DNA of 63,146 nucleotides, filler included, from Octopus bimaculoides (Eukaryota): the NCBI RefSeq assembly GCF_001194135.2. It is 5 parts of 5 records of this genome, joined end to end, with 100 filler letters (N's around TTAATTAATTAA, not from the genome) between each part and the next. Parts side by side here need not be neighbours in the genome. Positions count along the whole stretch, not along the records: positions 1 to 14,204 come from NC_068986.1; positions 14,305 to 21,407 come from NC_068981.1; positions 21,508 to 39,167 come from NC_068985.1; 2 more parts are not named here. The stretch is one strand, 5' to 3'. The notes beneath the pieces were generated by a model. It was not told the origin of the DNA. It did not search any database and saw only the letters and a list, made by a program, of their open reading frames with translations. Made by a program: the position numbers and the translations under genes. Shown piece after piece: positions 13,301 through 25,567 of the stretch (positions are counted from its first letter, which is position 1; every line of letters starts with the position of its first letter).

Positions 13301-13690
13301 ACAGAGCAAACTTCAAATACTAGTCAGAAGCAACACAGCTGCGACATAAGACACGTCTTTCTGTTTGAACTTTTTGAAAATAAGTGTAAAATGTGAAACC
13401 GGTTAAAGCTTCAAATATGCTAATAAAAAATATTTTAACTATTCTCAGTGCATTTTCAGTTTCTATTTNNNNNNNNNNNNNNNNNNNNNNNNNNNNNNNN
13501 NNNNNNNNNNNNNNNNNNNNNNNNNNNNNNNNNNNNNNNNNNNNNNNNNNNNNNNNNNNNNNNNNNNNNNNNNNNNNNNNNNNNNNNNNNNNNNNNNNNN
13601 NNNNNNNNNNNNNNNNNNNNNNNNNNNNNNNNNNNNTATATATATAAGTCAGTAAATAGTGGGGTTGTGTTAACCGCACGTGGAGAAATA

Positions 13691-13818
13691 ATAGGAAAAT
13701 GAAAAGAAGCCAGAATGTTAAACTGGATAATTTGCTTTTCGCAATGAAAACCGGTTAGAAGAAATCTTTATAAAAAATGCTTCCAGTTTAGCATTCTGGC
13801 TTTTTTTCATTTTCCTAT
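13691..13818. repeat. Inverted repeat, 37-bp arms (possible TA-flanked MITE)
   Basis: 13691-13727 vs 13782-13818: 35/37 complementary, 54-nt spacer. Confidence 0.85.
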
Positions 13819-14248
13819 ATATATATATATACACACACAATGTCTGTATATGTATCATCGATAGATACACACACAGCGCACCCGTATGCCTATGTACACT
13901 TGAATTTTCACAGTATTTTCATTATTCATGTATTATTTTAAAAATTTCCTTGTGCATCACCACCAGCAACATCAGCGTTTATTATGAAGACTAATACCTA
14001 GACTGAAAGAGTTTCTGCAGTATGCAGGTATTACTGCCATCATAGCCTTACAATCACAACCATCATCACCGCTATACCACTCTCGCTCGTACGACCACAT
14101 CATTTTCATTATAGTTATCGTCATCGTCAGCATCATTGTTATCCTCCTCATCATCATTATCGTTAATGCAGTCATCTGTAACATTCTCTTCCTCCTCTCC
14201 CCCCNNNNNNNNNNNNNNNNNNNNNNNNNNNNNNNNNNNNNNNNNNNN

Positions 14249-14260
14249 TTAATTAATTAA
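14249..14260. other. Assembly gap filler TTAATTAATTAA (also at 21452-21463, 39212-39223, 45990-46001)
   Basis: Identical 12-mer centred between N runs (44 N each side at 14205-14304); carries stop codons in all six frames. Confidence 0.9.
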
Positions 14261-14304
14261 NNNNNNNNNNNNNNNNNNNNNNNNNNNNNNNNNNNNNNNN
14301 NNNN

Positions 14305-14313
14305 ATATATATG

Positions 14314-14344
<31 letters not shown>

Positions 14345-14528
14345 GTATATATATATGTATATATATATATGTATGTATATATGTATGTATATTTTTATAT
14401 ATATATATACACACATGCTTATACATACAAACATATATTTATGTAATATATATATATATATGTATATATATATATGTATATATATATATGTATATATATA
14501 TGTATATATATATATGTATATATATATG

Positions 14529-14559
<31 letters not shown>

Positions 14560-14724
14560 GTATATATATATATATGTATGTATATATGTATGTATATTTT
14601 TATGTATATATATATACACACATGCTTATACATACAAACATATATTTATGTAATATACGTATCAATATATATATATATGTAAACAGACACATACGTATAC
14701 ATACATTAATATAGATATATATGC

Positions 14725-14800
<76 letters not shown>

Positions 14801-14900
14801 ACATACATTGTATATATGTATATGTTTGTATGAATGTGTGTGTATGTATAAATTTATATGTCTATACGTAGTTTTGTATGTGTATGCACAGATACATACC
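14305..14900. repeat. (TA)/(TATG)-rich low-complexity tract with an internal duplication
   Basis: Unit 'tatacacacatgcttatacatacaaacatatatttatgtaatata' occurs at about 14405 and 14610. Confidence 0.9.
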
Positions 14901-15469
14901 ATCATATAGTAACATGAGAGGTTTCATAGCTTTTTCACCCCTCTCACACACACGTGGATGCCTGCACCCGAATTAATTTATAAAACGTACATACATGTAT
15001 ACATACACGTACATACAGACAGAGAGACACACACACACGCGCAAAGATTCATATGTGTATATGAATCTATCTTTATATCATGTTTACATAAACATACCTA
15101 CACACACAGACACACACACACATAACTGTTATAACAGCAACAATTATATTAAGAATAGCAGCTGAGAATGACAGCAAGCGTATCAATATCTGAATGTCGA
15201 ACATATTCATGGCTGTACACCTAAATCTTTGAAATAGGCTTGTATTCACGGGATAATATTTTGACGTGAAACAAGTCCTGATATTATTTCATTGAAGATT
15301 TTTCACCCTTCTGAAACATAGAAATGTATATAAGAAAATAAAAATGACCAAAAAGGCAAGCATGGAAGTTAAAGGAAGAATATGGCAGCAAGTTAGAAAT
15401 TGTATGCTGAAGGGGAACGGGAATAAAGTAAGCTGTCGGAACAAGCTCATCAATAAAAAAAAAAAGATG

Positions 15470-15480
15470 TGTTGGTGATG

Positions 15481-15519
<39 letters not shown>

Positions 15520-16380
15520 CTGATGCTGATGATGGTCATAACGGTGAGGGTGATGGTGAATATGAGAACAATGTAACGATGGTGATAATGATAATAATGA
15601 CGATGATGGGGATGATGATGATGATGATGATGATAATGATGATGATGGCGTTGATGATGGAGAAGATGATGATGATGATGATGATGATATGATGATGATG
15701 ACACTGACGTTTATGATGGCGATGGTGACTATGATAATGGTTATGACAATGAAGAGATGGCAAAGATGAGGATGAGGACGAAGTTGATGATAATGATGAT
15801 AATGACGATGAGGATGATGATGATGATGGTAATGCTGGTGATGGATTTGCGTCTATTAATGATTGTAGCAATAATGTTGGTGATGATGATGATGATGATG
15901 ATGATAGTGGTGTTGATGTTGGTAAAGACGATTTTAACGATGACATAGATGATGATGATGATGATGATGATGTACAAGAGGAGGAGGAGGAGGAAGAGGG
16001 GGAAAGAAGAGTAGAAGAAGGATTACGGTGATTGAAACTACGGTGACGATTTTATTACTGGTGGTGGTGATGATGATGATCATAATGATGATGGTGTTGA
16101 TGATGGTAATGATGACGTTGATGATGGTTTGGGGAATGATGCGAGAGAGGAAGAGAAAGAGGAGTGGAAGGATGATTATGACAATTAGGACTATGGTGAT
16201 GTTGATGACGATAATGATGCTGATTTTATTGGTGATAGTGGTGGTGGTGGTGTTGAGGCTAACGATGATGGTGATTTTAAAGATTATGATGATGATGGTG
16301 ATGATGGTGGTGGTGGTGGTGGGGATGGTGAGAGATAATGATGATGATAATGATGATGTTATTAATGTTGATGATAATTA
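15470..16380. repeat. ~0.9-kb degenerate (GAT/GGT)n trinucleotide tract
   Basis: Direct reading; it generates the poly-M/D/H/I/S pseudo-ORFs. Confidence 0.9.
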
Positions 16381-16479
16381 CATCGGTGGTGAGTTTTGAT
16401 AAAAATATGGGAGCCTAAAAAATAGATAACAAAATTCCAAACACAAAATAACGAGGATTAAAAATAAATAAATAAATAG

Positions 16480-16650
16480 AGGCGCAGGAGTGGCTGTGTG
16501 GTAAGTAGCTTGCTTACCAACCACATGGTTCCGGGTTCAGTCGCACTGTGTGACACCTAGGGTATGTGTCTTCCACTATAGCCTCGGGCCGACCAAAACC
16601 TTGTGAGTAGATTTGGTAGACGGAAACTGAAAGAAGCATATATATATATG

Positions 16651-16691
<41 letters not shown>
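16480..16691 (+). mobile_element. tRNA-derived SINE, family B (CORE-like), 5' part
   Basis: ggcgcaggagtggctgtgtggtaag head with A box and B box (ggttcagtc); CORE-like 'cacc.tgggcaagtgtctt' block; internal (TA)/(TG) microsatellite. Confidence 0.85.
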
Positions 16692-17667
16692 NNNNNNNNN
16701 NNNNNNNNNNNNNNNNNNNNNNNNNNNNNNNNNNNNNNNNNNNNNNNNNNNNNNNNNNNNNNNNNNNNNNNNNNNNNNNNNNNNNNNNNNNNNNNNNNNN
16801 NNNNNNNNNNNNNNNNNNNNNNNNNNNNNNNNNNNNNNNNNNNNNNNNNNNNNNNNNNNNNNNNNNNNNNNNNNNNNNNNNNNNNNNNNNNNNNNNNNNN
16901 NNNNNNNNNNNNNNNNNNNNNNNNNNNNNNNNNNNNNNNNNNNNNNNNNNNNNNNNNNNNNNNNNNNNNNNNNNNNNNNNNNNNNNNNNNNNNNNNNNNN
17001 NNNNNNNNNNNNNNNNNNNNNNNNNNNNNNNNNNNNNNNNNNNNNNNNNNNNNNNNNNNNNNNNNNNNNNNNNNNNNNNNNNNNNNNNNNNNNNNNNNNN
17101 NNNNNNNNNNNNNNNNNNNNNNNNNNNNNNNNNNNNNNNNNNNNNNNNNNNNNNNNNNNNNNNNNNNNNNNNNNNNNNNNNNNNNNNNNNNNNNNNNNNN
17201 NNNNNNNNNNNNNNNNNNNNNNNNNNNNNNNNNNNNNNNNNNNNNNNNNNNNNNNNNNNNNNNNNNNNNNNNNNNNNNNNNNNNNNNNNNNNNNNNNNNN
17301 NNNNNNNNNNNNNNNNNNNNNNNNNNNNNNNNNNNNNNNNNNNNNNNNNNNNNNNNNNNNNNNNNNNNNNNNNNNNNNNNNNNNNNNNNNNNNNNNNNNN
17401 NNNNNNNNNNNNNNNNNNNNNNNNNNNNNNNNNNNNNNNNNNNNNNNNNNNNNNNNNNNNNNNNNNNNNNNNNNNNNNNNNNNNNNNNNNNNNNNNNNNN
17501 NNNNNNNNNNNNNNNNNNNNNNNNNNNNNNNNNNNNNNNNNNNNNNNNNNNNNNNNNNNNNNNNNNNNNNNNNNNNNNNNNNNNNNNNNNNNNNNNNNNN
17601 NNNNNNNNNNNNNNNNNNNNNNNNNNNNNNNNNNNNNNNNNNNNNNNNNNNNNNNNNNNNNNNNNNN

Positions 17668-17975
17668 TGTGTCTTCCACTATAGCCTCGGGCCGACCAAA
17701 ACCTTGTGAGTAGATTTGGTAGACGGAAACTGAAAGAAGCCCGTCGTGTGTGTGTGTGTGTTTGTGTGTCTGTGTTTGACCCCCTCCACCACCATCGCTT
17801 GACAACCGATGTTGGTGTGTTTACGTCACCGTACCCTAGCGGTTCTGCGAAAGAGATCGATAGATTAAGTACTAGGCTTACAAAGAATAAGTCCTGGGAT
17901 TGATTTTCTCGACTAAAGGCGGTGCACCAACATGGCTGCAGTCTGATGAGTGAAACCAATAAGAGATAAAAGATT
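17668..17975 (+). mobile_element. SINE family B, 3' part
   Basis: gaccaaaaccttgtgag...caaccgatgttggtgtgtttacgt...catggctgcagtc. Confidence 0.85.
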
Positions 17976-18129
17976 CACACATATACACACTGCTTTAGAA
18001 GAACCTCACGTCTATTATAAATTCTTTGCCATTGCTGAACACTACACCAGAGTGACATTTGGACTTAAATAGTCCAAATTAGAAGCGGTAAATTAACAGG
18101 CTATTATTCCTCAAGCCAGCGTTGTTTCA

Positions 18130-18500
18130 TCGAGTAAGATGGTCTTAATAATATTGTTATAAAGCGTAAAGGCCTTCCTCGGTAACGAAGGGCCATGAAC
18201 TTGCACCTAGAAATTTCCGCTCCGAGGCACAAATCCGGACAGAGTTGTTTGTGGAAGACCAGCAATCGCTCGTGCTTACCAGGCTCTCCTCTCCACGCCT
18301 CTGATGTTATCCATGCGAAAGGCAAAGGCCGATACAGCTTGGCACCAGTGATGTCGCAACTTATTTCTACAGCTGAGTGAAGTGGAGCAACGTGAACTAA
18401 AGTGTCTTGCTCAAGAACACAACTCACAATCCGGTCCGGGAATCGAATGTACAACCACATGACTGAAAGCCGCATGCTCTAACCACTGAGCCATGTCCCT
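18130..18500 (-). mobile_element. tRNA-headed CORE-type SINE, family C
   Basis: Minus strand reads ggacatggctcagtggttagagc..cattcgattcccggacc..gtgttcttgagcaagacacttta; second copy at about 24530-24790. Confidence 0.75.
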
Positions 18501-18509
18501 TCACAGTAT

Positions 18510-18935
18510 TATTCTTTTCTACTCTAGGCACAAGGCTCGAAATTTTGGGGGAGGGGGCAGTCGATTAGATCGACTCCAGTACGCAACTGGTACTTAATTA
18601 ATGGACCCCGAAAAGGATGAAAGGCAAAGTCGACCTCGGCGAAATTTGTACTGAGAACGTAAAGACAAACGAAATACCGTTAAGCATTTCGCTAATGTTT
18701 CTTATTTCTTTATTGCCCACAAGGGGCTAAATATAGAAAGGACAAACAAGGACAGACAAAGGGATTAAGTCGATTGCATCAACCCCAGTGTGTAACTGGT
18801 ACTTAATTTATCGACCCCGAAACGGTGAAAGGCAAAGTTGGCCTCGGCAGAATTTGAACTCAGAACGCAGTGGCAGACGAAATACCGCTAAGCATTTCAC
18901 CCGGCGTGCTAACGTTTCTGCCAGCTCACCGCCTT
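18510..18935 (-). mobile_element. Two adjacent SINE family A copies
   Basis: Reverse-complement family A bodies at about 18510-18690 and 18760-18935. Confidence 0.8.
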
Positions 18936-20095
18936 TCTTTCGCAGTATTATTATAGCAAAAATATATATTCAATAAAAAGAGGAATATAATGTTCTATTT
19001 CCTTTATATTGTTTACATATGTAAATGGATGGAGTACTGGTTTATTTGTTTTCAGTTTCCGGAACTTGAATAAGTAATACTTTTGATATATTCGTAGTTG
19101 CTGTTGTTGCTTTTATTCTTTAACCCAGTGAGACCATTTTATTTTATTTCCAAAAGCAAAATATCCGGGATTATATTAATCAATAATTCCATAAACTGGA
19201 AAGGGTAACGTACATAGATTCGTGTCTCAGGTTTTCGGGATCAAGGTCCTAAGTGTATGGGCTCGATTTAATGTATCGGACAGCGAATCGAATGAATCAT
19301 TGAAAATGGCAGTTCAATTTATGCTCCCTCAGTCTGTATAGCTGTAATGAATATCAAAGTGCTGGTGCCTTCATCTCTCAAACATGCGATCATATTCTTC
19401 ATATTCAGGTCAATGAATAATGGTTGGATAGAGAAAGGAGCGGATCTATATCTGCAGTCGAATATATACTCTTAAAACAATTCCCCAAAACACAGTAATA
19501 CTTGCTTGTGAATGACGGCCGCAATGATATTTTTACAGTGCTGCGTGAATAGATATTTAGCTACTATTTCTAGCAATTCCAGAATACACTTTCAAACTTC
19601 ATTGTTGATATATTTTGCTTTCTTAATTTTATTCTTAGTTATTATTTTTGTTTTCTTTTTCTTTTCTGTTTGGTATTTTTACAACATATCTTTCTATTCC
19701 GGTTGTTACTGTTGTGTTGTTGACTGTGGCTTAAATATAGAGCGTGCTACATGGAGGTTACGTGCTTGTAGTGATGGGGTTGTTGATGACGCGTTGCTCA
19801 CGGAAGCAAGTAATTGGATAGTCTTCAGGATATCCTAACGTAGGAAGAACAACTGATGGTAGTAGTGGACAAGTAGTATTGACATCTGTCTAGAACACTT
19901 TCTGTTATATTACCTAGTAAACATACACACACATACAGAAACATAAATACACACACACCACACGCATATATATCTATTTAGTATATTAATATATATATAT
20001 ATATATACACACATACACATATACACACACACACACGTACACACACATATCTATATATGTATACATGGAGAGAGAGAGAGAGAGAAAATTTTCAC

Positions 20096-20140
<45 letters not shown>

Positions 20141-21149
20141 ATGTATATATATGTAGTTAAAGAACATATTTGTATATATACGCAAGCTACATATATATGT
20201 GTGTGCATATATCTATACCTGTGTCCATATTTATACATACTTGTATACATATACATGCATATTCTTTTGGTATGCTATCACACATACATACATGTGTGCT
20301 TGGAATTAGATTGAATGACAAACGGAGTGTTGTATGCCTGTTCGAGCGCCATTGTATGTTTATCAGAATGTCCATCTGTTTGTATGTATTTATGTCTCTG
20401 CCTAAATACCAAAAGAAATTTTTTCCTGTAGATTTTCAGCGCAAACTACATATAACAGCTGTCAATTCTTTTTTGCCCACGGGTATTTATTGTTGAGAAT
20501 TACTAATATCTGAACAAGCATTTTTAAAACATTCTTTAGCAATACTCTACATTTAAGTTATATGTATGCCCTATCACCAAAAGAAAACATACGTCGTAAA
20601 TACATTAAAATATTCAATGCTATAAGTAATCTGAATGTAATATGTTTTTAAATGAAATCTCCATGTAATTCATCACTCAAAGAAGGTATTAACTGATATA
20701 TTAATACATCTTATCAGGGATGGTTTCTTATCCGGTGTGTTTTCAGTACGGCTAAGAGTCCAGTATTGCATTAATAAAATAGCGACTAGAAAAAATATTT
20801 TTCGTTTATGAAAGACATGTCTATTTCATATCTTGAATGAAATAAGTTTTTTTTTTTCTTTCTTTAAGCTACAATTACAAACTTCGATAATATTGCGTTA
20901 GAAAATTGTAGAGTTTCAAATATACACACTTATAGTGCCGCCCGCATATGTTACAACAGGGTGAATACTTATATGCGCCGGCTTGTCTGCATGGTTAGGA
21001 AGCTCGATTGGCAACTATATGTCTCCGGGTTCAATCCTTTTACGTGGTACTTCGGTAAAAAAAAAATTCTCCCATAGTCTCGTTCGACTAAACTATGTGA
21101 AATTTAGTAGACGGGAGGATAAGTTCCGTTCTTTGGTGGTGGGTAGATT

Positions 21150-21365
21150 TAATTCGCCATCCGCCATATATATATACATGTCCAGCATTCGCCATGATAG
21201 ATCGCTAGCCACTACATATTATTTGTTGTCGTTCCTCGTTTCTTTCTGTGGAAGAGCGTAGGCTCGAAACGTTAAAGAGTTTTTCACTTCCCGAGCGTTA
21301 AACTGTTTCTTGTCTACACCACCTGTTTTCGTCTTTTGTTGTTTTTGCGAATTCTCCTCCCCTAT
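21150..21365 (+). mobile_element. Short non-autonomous PLE-like element carrying a hammerhead variant
   Basis: Shares HHR-like block, 'ttcccgagcgt.a.act' and 'tacaccacctgt..tcgtc..ttgttgtttttt' with 50950-51155; ends in (TA)n. Confidence 0.65.
21241..21278 (+). ncRNA. Minimal hammerhead-like motif, core variant CUGUGGA
   Basis: tcttt-CTGTGGA-a-gagc[gtag]gctc-GAAA-cgtt-aaaga. 5-bp stem I, 4-bp stem II, ACGT palindrome; core position 6 is U instead of A. Confidence 0.6.
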
Positions 21366-21370
21366 ATATA

Positions 21371-21407
<37 letters not shown>

Positions 21408-21544
21408 NNNNNNNNNNNNNNNNNNNNNNNNNNNNNNNNNNNNNNNNNNNNTTAATTAATTAANNNNNNNNNNNNNNNNNNNNNNNNNNNNNNNNNNNNN
21501 NNNNNNNTATTTATCTAATTTCAGTGGAATCTATCCACTGGTAC

Positions 21545-21584
<40 letters not shown>

Positions 21585-22022
21585 TTATGTTTGTGCCCCA
21601 AACATCGTCTGATAACCGATGGTGGTGTGTTTACGTCCCTGTAACTTAGCAGTTCGGCAAAAGAGACCGATAGAATAAGTACTAGGCTTCCAAAGAATAA
21701 GTCCTGGGGTTGATTTGCTCAACTAAAGGGTGGTGCTCCAGCATGGCTGCAGTCAAATGACTGAAACAAGTAAAAGAGTATATGTATGTGTCTGCAATGG
21801 TGCATGCAAAATGAACACCTGTATACACATGCATTGTTTTCAAGAACATTAAAGGTATTTTTCTGGAAAATTGCTTAAACAGCAATGCAATAGGGTAGGG
21901 AGATACTGATGTTTATAGTAATATTACCATGAGAACTACAAATGAAATAAAAGTGTCAGCTTGAAGCAACTAATTTTGCATGTGTCATTCACAAAGGTTT
22001 TTAAATGAAATAACCTAACGAT

Positions 22023-22151
22023 AAGAAGTGATTTTAAATTCTCAAACGCAGGATAATGCTAATAATATAGCCTGCAAAATAGGGGTAGTTTATCCTGTTC
22101 AGGCTATATTATTAGCATTATCCTGCATTTGAGAATTTAAAATCACTTCTT
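22023..22151. repeat. Inverted repeat, 52-bp arms with 25-nt spacer
   Basis: 22023-22074 vs 22100-22151: 51/52 complementary. Confidence 0.95.
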
Positions 22152-22446
22152 TTACTTTCTAAGACATCACAACGCTTCTAAAAGCAAACTTTGTTTGTTT
22201 GTTTACGTTTATCGTAATTTGAATTAATAACGATAAGCGTTTCCTTCAAACTTTCATTTCATATTTCAAAAAGTATTTGGACAATGAATATTTAAAAGAA
22301 AACCAGGCTCAGTCTACCAGCTGATGATTAGAAATGAGCAATTTGGAGAACTGAAAATCAGGACCTTTCAATTAGAATGTATTAAAGAATACTCTACATT
22401 TATATATGTATGTATATATGTTTATATATGTATATATATTTATATA

Positions 22447-23746
22447 TCACGAGTTGTGTTCCATTGCAACGCTTGGTGGTTCCAGATTGCGGAGCAGCAT
22501 AACAGGCGTTTCAACTTTAAGTGATAATATGTGGGGAGGTAGTCCTGGAGGCTCCAACGAATTGAGAAATACAGGAGGATAGTTCACCACTTCATTTGTA
22601 TCTGGAACTGTATCAACAGACTTGTAAGTTTGAAGATTGCCGGAAAGAGAATGCATCAGGTGTTGATTAATTTTTGTAACAGCTACGTTTTTTGGAGCTA
22701 ATATTGCTCTTTCACATAGCCAATTGTGATTTTGGTAGTTTTGTTTAAAGTTGGGAAAGACTTTGTGTTTGAGGTCATCTACAGAATTAACAACAGAACA
22801 AAATGGCCGGAGGTCTGCAACNNNNNNNNNNNNNNNNNNNNNNNNNNNNNNNNNNNNNNNNNNNNNNNNNNNNNNNNNNNNNNNNNNNNNNNNNNNNNNN
22901 NNNNNNNNNNNNNNNNNNNNNNNNNNNNNNNNNNNNNNNNNNNNNNNNNNNNNNNNNNNNNNNNNNNNNNNNNNNNNNNNNNNNNNNNNNNNNNNNNNNN
23001 NNNNNNNNNNNNNNNNNNNNNNNNNNNNNNNNNNNNNNNNNNNNNNNNNNNNNNNNNNNNNNNNNNNNNNNNNNNNNNNNNNNNNNNNNNNNNNNNNNNN
23101 NNNNNNNNNNNNNNNNNNNNNNNNNNNNNNNNNNNNNNNNNNNNNNNNNNNNNNNNNNNNNNNNNNNNNNNNNNNNNNNNNNNNNNNNNNNNNNNNNNNN
23201 NNNNNNNNNNNNNNNNNNNNNNNNNNNNNNNNNNNNNNNNNNNNNNNNNNNNNNNNNNNNNNNNNNNNNNNNNNNNNNNNNNNNNNNNNNNNNNNNNNNN
23301 NNNNNNNNNNNNNNNNNNNNNNNNNNNNNNNNNNNNNNNNNNNNNNNNNNNNNNNNNNNNNNNNNNNNNNNNNNNNNNNNNNNNNNNNNNNNNNNNNNNN
23401 NNNNNNNNNNNNNNNNNNNNNNNNNNNNNNNNNNNNNNNNNNNNNNNNNNNNNNNNNNNNNNNNNNNNNNNNNNNNNNNNNNNNNNNNNNNNNNNNNNNN
23501 NNNNNNNNNNNNNNNNNNNNNNNNNNNNNNNNNAATACTTAAATAGTGGAGGAGATATTATGTTGCCGTGGGCTCGAACTCTGCAAGAAGTTAAAAAATT
23601 TTTTGACTAAAACACAACTGGAACCCTAAGTAAGGCATGTGTAAAATTTGAATGTAATTGGTTGCGTAGTTCTCGAGTTTTAGGGATTCACACACACAGA
23701 CAGACAGACAGACAGACACACACATTCTCATTTTTATATATATAGA
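22447..23746 (-). mobile_element. Helitron fragment (5' terminus plus Pif1-like helicase segment), interrupted by a gap
   Basis: Open minus frame 22821-22447: NWLCERAILAPKN..YPPVFLNSLEPPGLPPHILSLKVETPVMLLRNL. Minus-strand 5' end A|TCTATATATATAAAAATGAGAATGTGTGTGTCTGTCTG at 23746 is typical of Helitron/DINE-like termini. Linkage of the two parts across the gap is inferred. Confidence 0.85.
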
Positions 23747-23754
23747 TAGATGTA

Positions 23755-23797
<43 letters not shown>

Positions 23798-23800
<3 letters not shown>

Positions 23801-24120
23801 ATCATCATTGTTTAACATCCATTCTCCAAGCTGGCTTGGGTTGGGTGGTTTGACAAGATGTGGCCAGCTGGAGAGCTTCTAGGGCTCCATTTGTCTCTTT
23901 TGACATGGTTTCTATGCCTGGATACCCTTCCTAATACCAACCACTTTACAGAGTGTACTGGGTACTTTTAACATGACACCAGCAAGGGTACCCTTACATG
24001 GTACAAGCAGGCACTTTTACATGGCACTGGCACAAGTGTTTTTATGTGGCGCTGGCACAGGTTCTTTTACAGGGCACTTGTACCAATGAACCCACATGAC
24101 CAGGGCCTCTCAGCTAAGAG
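23798..24120 (-). mobile_element. Partial copy of the (GAT)n-tailed element family seen at 33967-34505
   Basis: catcatcattgtttaacatcc..ctggcttgggttgg terminus and internal 'tggcac' repeats. Confidence 0.6.
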
Positions 24121-25468
24121 AGGGACATAGAGGGCATGCCTATATGTATAGATGGTCATAATTTTACTTGACATGTCTTCTCAAGCACAGCAAACCACCT
24201 GAAGTCTCAGTCCCTTGTCATTTCCTCTGTGAGGCCCTTTGTCAAAAGATCCTTTCTCACCAATTTGCCCCATGTCTTCCTGGATCTACCTCTTCCACTT
24301 GTTCCCACTGCAATTAAAGATCACACACAGTCTAAGTCTTAACTATTTATAAATAATCAATACATCAGAGCCATGGTGAGTAACAGCTACTGACTGTTTC
24401 ACTTAACCCCATTGATTTCTTTAACTCATGCGCTCTGTGATAACCCAACTTAGCCACTCTGGAATTATGCACAGTTTGCCAGTTGTGCCCCTTATAATAT
24501 ACATAAATGAGTAAAGACCTCCTTCAGTCATGAATGACCATGGGATTGCACCTAGAAGGCTCCCCTCCGAGGCACAAGTCCAGGCAAGGTTGTTTATGGA
24601 ATCCCAGCAGTCACCCATGCATACCAGCCTCCTCTCTCCACACCACTGATGTAGTCCAAGGGAAAGGCAAAGGCCGGTACAGCTTGGCGCCAGTGAGGTT
24701 GCAACGCATTTCTACAGCTGAGTGAACTGGAGCAATGTGAAATAAAGTGTCTTGCTCAAGAACACTACACACAAGTTAGCATGTGAATCAGATCAGAGCC
24801 CTACTACTCATATTCATGTAATTAAATGTATTTATGCTGTGGTCAAGCCATTGGCTACTAAATATGCAATTGTTTACCGGATTACACTACGGAAGGTAAA
24901 ACCTATTGGAGAGTAACTGAATTCGAGAGAGTCAAATTCATCCATAAGTGTGTAATGTTCTTAGGCATTAGAATTCATTTCCTGTTGCTCAGCAATCACT
25001 TTGACACTTGGCATGTGGCACACTGCACACCTGTACAGGCAATTTGATGGAAGGAGTGAGCTCATGTACAGCACAAACATATGATCACTTATAAACTAAT
25101 CACCTGTGCAGGTAGGTTCAGTCTCAATAGACTACCAGACAACAACAAAAATATATGAGTATATATTTACATACATATATGCATGTGGTAGAGGAATATG
25201 CTCACTTGATTCTTTCCTTATTTGTAGTCTCTAACCATCTATTTTTGCTTGTTGCTACTTTAACAATTCGAAACCTTCAGTTGCACAAGCATATTTCATT
25301 AGAAAATTTGATGTATGTGTATTTTCTGCACCTTTCCCCTCCCCACCATGCAAATCAGGCCTCATGTTTCTGGGAACCATGAACAGTTGGCAAACCTTTC
25401 ATTGCAGCAGTTAGGATGTCATATTCATCTGTAACAAAGATGATATAATATATTAATTTCTTTTGCAG

Positions 25469-25567
25469 CCACTTTTACACCAGGACCATAATGGTAAGAA
25501 CTTTGGCTATCGGGTCTATTGGAGGAAGAAGCGAGAGGAATTTAAACCAGAACATATTTGGTCAGTT
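25469..25567 (+). CDS. Cont: Contactin-like gene exon (FnIII; phase 0-0): PLLHQDHNGKNFGYRVYWRKKREEFKPEHIWSV
   Basis: ttcttttgcag| acceptor, |gtaagt donor, 99 nt; 'PL...HNG..FGY.V.W' is typical of the second FnIII of contactins. Confidence 0.85.

Noticed and set aside
11602-16399. Poly-YI, poly-M/I/D/H and similar low-complexity ORFs
   Set aside because: Translations of (TA)n, (TG)n and (GAT)n microsatellites; no splice or codon evidence.
19512-19915. TM-like + strand ORF and Ser/Thr-rich minus-strand frames
   Set aside because: Frames are interrupted, no domain is recognised and no consistent splice pattern was found.
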